A stretch of DNA of 64,000 bases from Macrostomum hystrix. Its lineage: Eukaryota; Animalia; Platyhelminthes. The notes under the pieces are model-generated. The model worked only from the letters and a program-made list of their open reading frames with translations. It ran no database searches and had not been told where the DNA came from. The stretch is from positions 4,402,001 through 4,466,000 of the forward strand of contig CATNEN010000001.1 in NCBI GenBank assembly GCA_950097015.1. The letters run 5' to 3'. The position numbers and the translations under genes were made by a program. Positions 59,343-64,000 of the stretch are shown in pieces (within the stretch, counting starts at the first letter, position 1; each line of letters begins with the position of its first letter).

Positions 59343-59881
59343 GAACTCCGCTGTCCCTACCTAGCAGAGCCTTTGTTCTAAACTACTATAGATCAGCAAG
59401 TTGCACACAAAGTGTTGGGAAATCATATATACATATTCTTTACCTGGCCAAAACATGAAAAAGTTAAAATGGCTTGAGATTGCAAGAATGCGTGTTGCAG
59501 TAAACAGTGATTGGAAATATAGCAGCAGCGATTTAGATTTCGATTTGTAAAAGAACAGGACGTCTTTTTAAGAGTAAGAATGGCCGGTCGTTTGAATAAT
59601 ATTAGACAACAAAAACCATAGTTACTTGCGAACTAAACTACTAACACAAATTGGCGTGTTAGTAGGCACGATCATATATGAACTATTTAGCAATATAATC
59701 TTCATGTAACATATGCTCGTATGGAGTTCACAACTATTGAATGATCTGCAGAAAGGATCAATATGCGACTGGATTTAAAGGGTTTTGAGGTTGCCACCAC
59801 GGATTTTTAAAGGTCTGGGGTTGCTCATGAATCATAAGCGAACAAATAATAACAAATAGCTAAAGACTTATCAATTTACAT

Positions 59882-62800
59882 TCAGTCGGCTGCATGCAGT
59901 TGACCGCCGTGACCTTCAGCCTCGACAGCCCCTCCGTGAGCCGTATCTCTGAGCAGAGAATTCGCTTCTCTAAGCAGAGTGTCGGCCTTCCTAAGCATCA
60001 TGCGGCTTAGCTCTAGTCGAGTCGCTCCGGAGTAGTCCGAGCCGACCTCTTCTTCCTCATCTTCATGACCGGCTGGTACGAATGGCGTTGACTCTTCTGG
60101 CACGGCGGGAATCGAATTGGCGGACAGATTCACCTGCTGCTGCTGCTGCTGCTTGACCCCTGCGCCACGAAGTGAACTTCTTGAATGAGAATTCCTGCCA
60201 GACAGCAGCTGACCGTAGGGACTGGACGGTCGGGAGCTGTGTCGCGACGATGGCGCCGGTACGTCGTCGTAGAGAATTCGCGACATGGAATCCGAGACGC
60301 CCTGTTGGTGATGATTATGGTCGAGTCGAGATTGAGCAACCATCGAGCGGTTAGAAAAAATGTACATTTGAGTGCAGCCCGTATTAGGGCCGTTTTAATT
60401 GAGTCCTTATTAGGGCCGTTTTAATTGAGCCCGTAAAAGGGCCGTTTAATTAGAGCCCTTATTACTGCCCTTCTAACATATCTATTTTAGGGCAGTTTAA
60501 CATATAGCCCGTATTAGGGGCAGTTTTAACATTTGTTTAACCTTTTCGGCAGTTTTTCATAGGCCTTATCTGTTTTTGTTTGGCCAGTTTTAAACACCTT
60601 TTTTGCCCTTATTTACCGTTTTAAAAAAACACTTTTTCAGAAAAACAAAGATTTGTTGATCTTGCCTGCAAATAGTAGAGGCTGGCCTGAGTCTGTCCCA
60701 CCGGCGGCAGCGTTCGAGATCTGTGCATGCCAGGCGCATCTATGTAGGTGGTCTCCATGGTGCGGACTGACGATCTCTGTGGCTGATGCCGTGTCATTCT
60801 AGGCACCACTTCTTCGTAAGTATCCTCCCCTGGCGTTCCGGATCGGAGATTAGCTGCGGGTTCCTTCTCAACCACCTGGACGGTGCTGACGCAGAGACAG
60901 TGGGCTAGGCAGCCAGGCGGTTCACGTTTTCGTCGACGAAGAGCTGCATGATTGAGTAGGGTAGAGTTGAGTAGGGTTAGAGTTGAGTTGTATTTGGGTT
61001 GATTTTTACCCTGTATCTAATCTCTCCCGTGTCACGTCTGGACTGTATCTAATCTCTCCCGTGTCACGTCTGGACTGTATCTAATCTCTCCCGTGTCACG
61101 TCTAGACTGTATCTAATCTCTGGCGTGTCACGTCTAGACGGCATCTAATCTCTCGCGTGTCACGTCTACCCTGTATCTAATCTCTCGCGTGTCACGTCTA
61201 GACTGTATCTAATCTCTCGCGTGTCACGTCTAGACTGTATCTAATCTCTCCCGTGTCACGTCTAGACTGTATCTAATCTCTCGCGTGTCTCATTTACCCT
61301 GCGTCTAATCTCTCGCGTGTCACGTCTACCCTGTATCTAATCTTAGGGTTTCAGTTGAGTAAGTTTTAGAGTTGAGCAGTATTTGAGTTCATTAGGGTTT
61401 GGTTTGGCTAGGCTTTGGACGCGTCGCTCATCGTGCGTCGCGTCGTAGCCACATCTGGACAGCCTAACTCAAACGAAGAAAAGATTCACTTTAGTAATCT
61501 CACAATGACCTGACGTGGCCTCGTCAGAATATAGCAGAACGATACACAACAGACGGAAACAGCAAATAAAGGATAGAGAGACTATACAGAGAACAGGGAA
61601 AGTGAATAAATGAACTGCATGCACTAACTGCCTCTGCTGCGAGGAGGAACTAAGCTCTTCTTCTAAAAGCGATTGCAATAAGCTGCTGCTGCTAGTCAGT
61701 GACGTAATCACACTACAGCAAGCCATTGTGTAGTAGTATTATAAATTGCCTAATTTGCAATACTGACTCCGTCATGGCGCGTTCATTCGCGCATAATTTA
61801 TGCCTATAAGATTAAGGCCCCTTTTGTAATTCATTCAAGCATTACATCAGCCTAGTTTCCAATTCTAATTTGTTAAGCCGAATAACACTGATAAAAACGA
61901 TGAGTAAGTGTAGCGAGTGGCTCTACTCTAAGTTTATGGTTCAGATCATTTTTAATTATGAAGTCTTCCTTAAAAAAAGAATACGATTTCTTAAAAAAAC
62001 GATACAAAAATGACCAATGCGATTTAAAGACGAACGAAAGGTACTTCAATAATGTGAATTGTAGCCAAAATTTAGTTTTTACAGTAAAATTTCGAAAAAA
62101 TAGTTCTTTTCCTCTTACTTTTTTGTCTTTTTGTATTCAAATCTCGGATAGATGGCGATGACAAAAGACAAACATGTTTTAGGTTTTAGGTCTTGGTATT
62201 GTTGATTTGTGTGACGTGTGTGTATAAATAAATTACAATGTGTTGATTATGGGTTTAGGTTGAGTAGGGTTTGGGTTGAGAAGGATTTTGGTTGAGTAGT
62301 GTTTAGGTTGATTTGGGTTTGGGTTGAGTAGGGTTTGGGTTGAGTAGGGTTTGGGTTGAGTAGTGTTTAGGTTGATTTGGGTTTGGGTTGAGTAGGGTTT
62401 GGGTTGAGTAGGGTTTAGGTTGAGTAGGGTTTGAGTAGGGTTTGGGTTGAGTAAGGTTTGGGTTGAGTAGGGTTTGGGTTGATTTGGGTTTGGGTTTAGT
62501 CGAGTTTGGGTTGAGTCGGGTTGAGAATTGTTTGTGTTCAGTAGGGTTTGTCTTGAGTAGGCTTTGGGCTTAAGTAGGTTTTAGGCTGAGTAGATTTTTT
62601 GTTGAGTAGGGTTTCAGATAAGTAGGATTTGGTTTGAGTAAGGTTTTGGTTTGAGATAGTTTATAGTAAGGTGAGTTTAGGTTGGGCTTTTTGGAGAGAA
62701 TAGGGTAGGATTTTTGTTCGATTTTAAGCATAAACTGTGCAGTTCTTAAAAATATTTCGTACGACAATAAGGTAAAACAGGATAGTTAAGGAGGCCATGA

Positions 62801-63897
62801 AACAGGACTCACAGACGTAGTACTTGGCCAAGCAGCAGCGAATGCAGAAAGCTAAATTGACAATTAGCGACACACAGAGCAGGGCTGGCACTCCGAATAC
62901 GAAATCTGCGCGTGCGAACTGGATCACTGCGGATTTAAGGCCATTGTGGATGATAGTTTTGTTTCTAACAAAAGTTAAAAATCGTTGGAATTGTTTTATT
63001 TGCTGTACTTTTTTACCCTCTCAGTCTCTCCCATCTTTCTCTTCTTTTAATGTATCTTTTCTGACCTTATCTCTCTCCTATCTCCTTATCTCTCTCCTAT
63101 CTCCTTATCTCTCTCCTGTCTCTTTATCTCTCTCCTGTTTCCTTATCTCTCTCCTGTCTCCTTATCTCTCTCCTGTCTCATTATCTCTCTCCTGTATCCT
63201 TATCTCTCTCCTGTATCCTTATCTCTCTCCTGTTTCCTTATCTCTCTCCTGTCTCATTATCTCTCTCCTGTATCCTTATCTCTCTCCTGTATCCTTATCT
63301 CTCTCCTGTTTCCTTATCTCTCTCCTGTATCCTTATCTCTCTCCTGTCCCATTATCTCTCTCCTGTTTCCTTATCTCTCTCCTGTCTCATTATCTCTCTC
63401 CTGTATCCTTATCTCTCTCCTGTCCCATTATCTCTCTCCTGTTTCCTTATCTCTCTCCTGTCTCCTTATCTCTCTCCCGTCTTTTTATCTCTCTCCTGTC
63501 TTTTTATCTCTCTCCTGTCTCATTATCTCTCTCCTGTCTCCTTATCTCTCTCCTGTCTCCTTATCTCTCTCCTGTATCCTTATCTCTCTCCTGACTCCTT
63601 ATCTCTCTCCTGTCTCCTTATCTCTCTCCTGTCTCATTATCTCTCTCCTGTCTCCTTATCTCTCTAGTATCTCATTTTCTCTGGCTTTATCTCTCTCTTC
63701 TCTCCTTCCACCCTCAAACTTAAATCTGATTGTCTCATCCTTTGATTTTTGTCTTTGGCAAAAAAACGAAGCCAGAATTGATCAAAATTCTCCCGACTCC
63801 AACTTACATCGCGCATCGTAATTGGTTGTGTCATCTCTGTTTCCAGTTTCGGTTGTTGCATCTGTCCCAGCTTGACCACTGTCTGGTTGGGGTTGCC
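59882..63897 (-). CDS. Single-pass membrane protein with a Cys-rich juxtamembrane region and Tyr-motif cytoplasmic tail; 5' end outside the window
   Basis: Exons 63897-63808, 62926-62813 (TM FVFGVPALLCVSLIVNLAFCI), 60943-60666 and 60301-59882 join in consistent phases (1, 1, 0). The last intron needs a GC donor (CAG|GCAAG). Confidence 0.65.
60378..60530. repeat. Degenerate repeat with a unit of about 26 bp (GCCCGTATTAGGGCCGTTTTAATTGA)
   Basis: About 5 imperfect copies within an intron. Confidence 0.75.
61010..61342. repeat. 32-bp minisatellite (CTGTATCTAATCTCTCSCGTGTCACGTCTAGA), about 10 copies
   Basis: Direct inspection. Confidence 0.93.
62250..62710. repeat. 16-bp G-rich minisatellite (GGGTTTGGGTTGAGTA)
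   Basis: Direct inspection; degenerates towards 62700. Confidence 0.9.
63060..63665. repeat. 19-bp pyrimidine-rich minisatellite (CTTATCTCTCTCCTGTCTC)
   Basis: Direct inspection; about 31 copies. Confidence 0.95.
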
Positions 63898-64000
63898 CTG
63901 AGAATGAAATGAATTGTGTTGCCAATTTTAGCAATTTCTTCAGTAAGTTTTCGTTTAGGTGGAATCCCGCTGTGAGTTTATTGTGCAACTAGTATGAACA

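Noticed and set aside
62824-63594. 256-aa Leu/Ser-rich ORF on the + strand
   Set aside because: It comprises the 19-bp pyrimidine repeat plus the antisense of a real - strand exon.

Overview
Intron-rich animal DNA. It is probably lophotrochozoan and plausibly a free-living flatworm such as Macrostomum; this is inferred from the anion-type nicotinic receptor clade and the minisatellite and SINE landscape, and cannot be proven here. Positions 779-35.6 kb (+) hold most of an otoferlin-like type II ferlin gene. Its 5' end lies outside the window, about 26 phase-consistent exons can be built by hand, and it ends in two duplicated, apparently mutually exclusive exons that encode alternative transmembrane anchors. 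Next on the + strand are a 3-exon LRR receptor of about 1150 aa with multi-cysteine-cluster Toll architecture and a strongly diverged TIR-like domain, a 2-exon orphan gene and a 3-exon ankyrin-repeat gene. On the - strand are a 2-exon Cys-loop (nicotinic-type) subunit with an anion-selective Pro-Ala pore motif and no vicinal cysteines, and the 3' part of a single-pass membrane protein with Tyr/ITIM-like motifs and a probable GC-AG intron. Introns and intergenic DNA carry two tRNA-headed SINE families (one CORE-like), several non-autonomous DNA transposons or foldback elements, and many mini- and microsatellites. All coordinates were counted by hand. Family assignments rest on motif recognition, not database searches.
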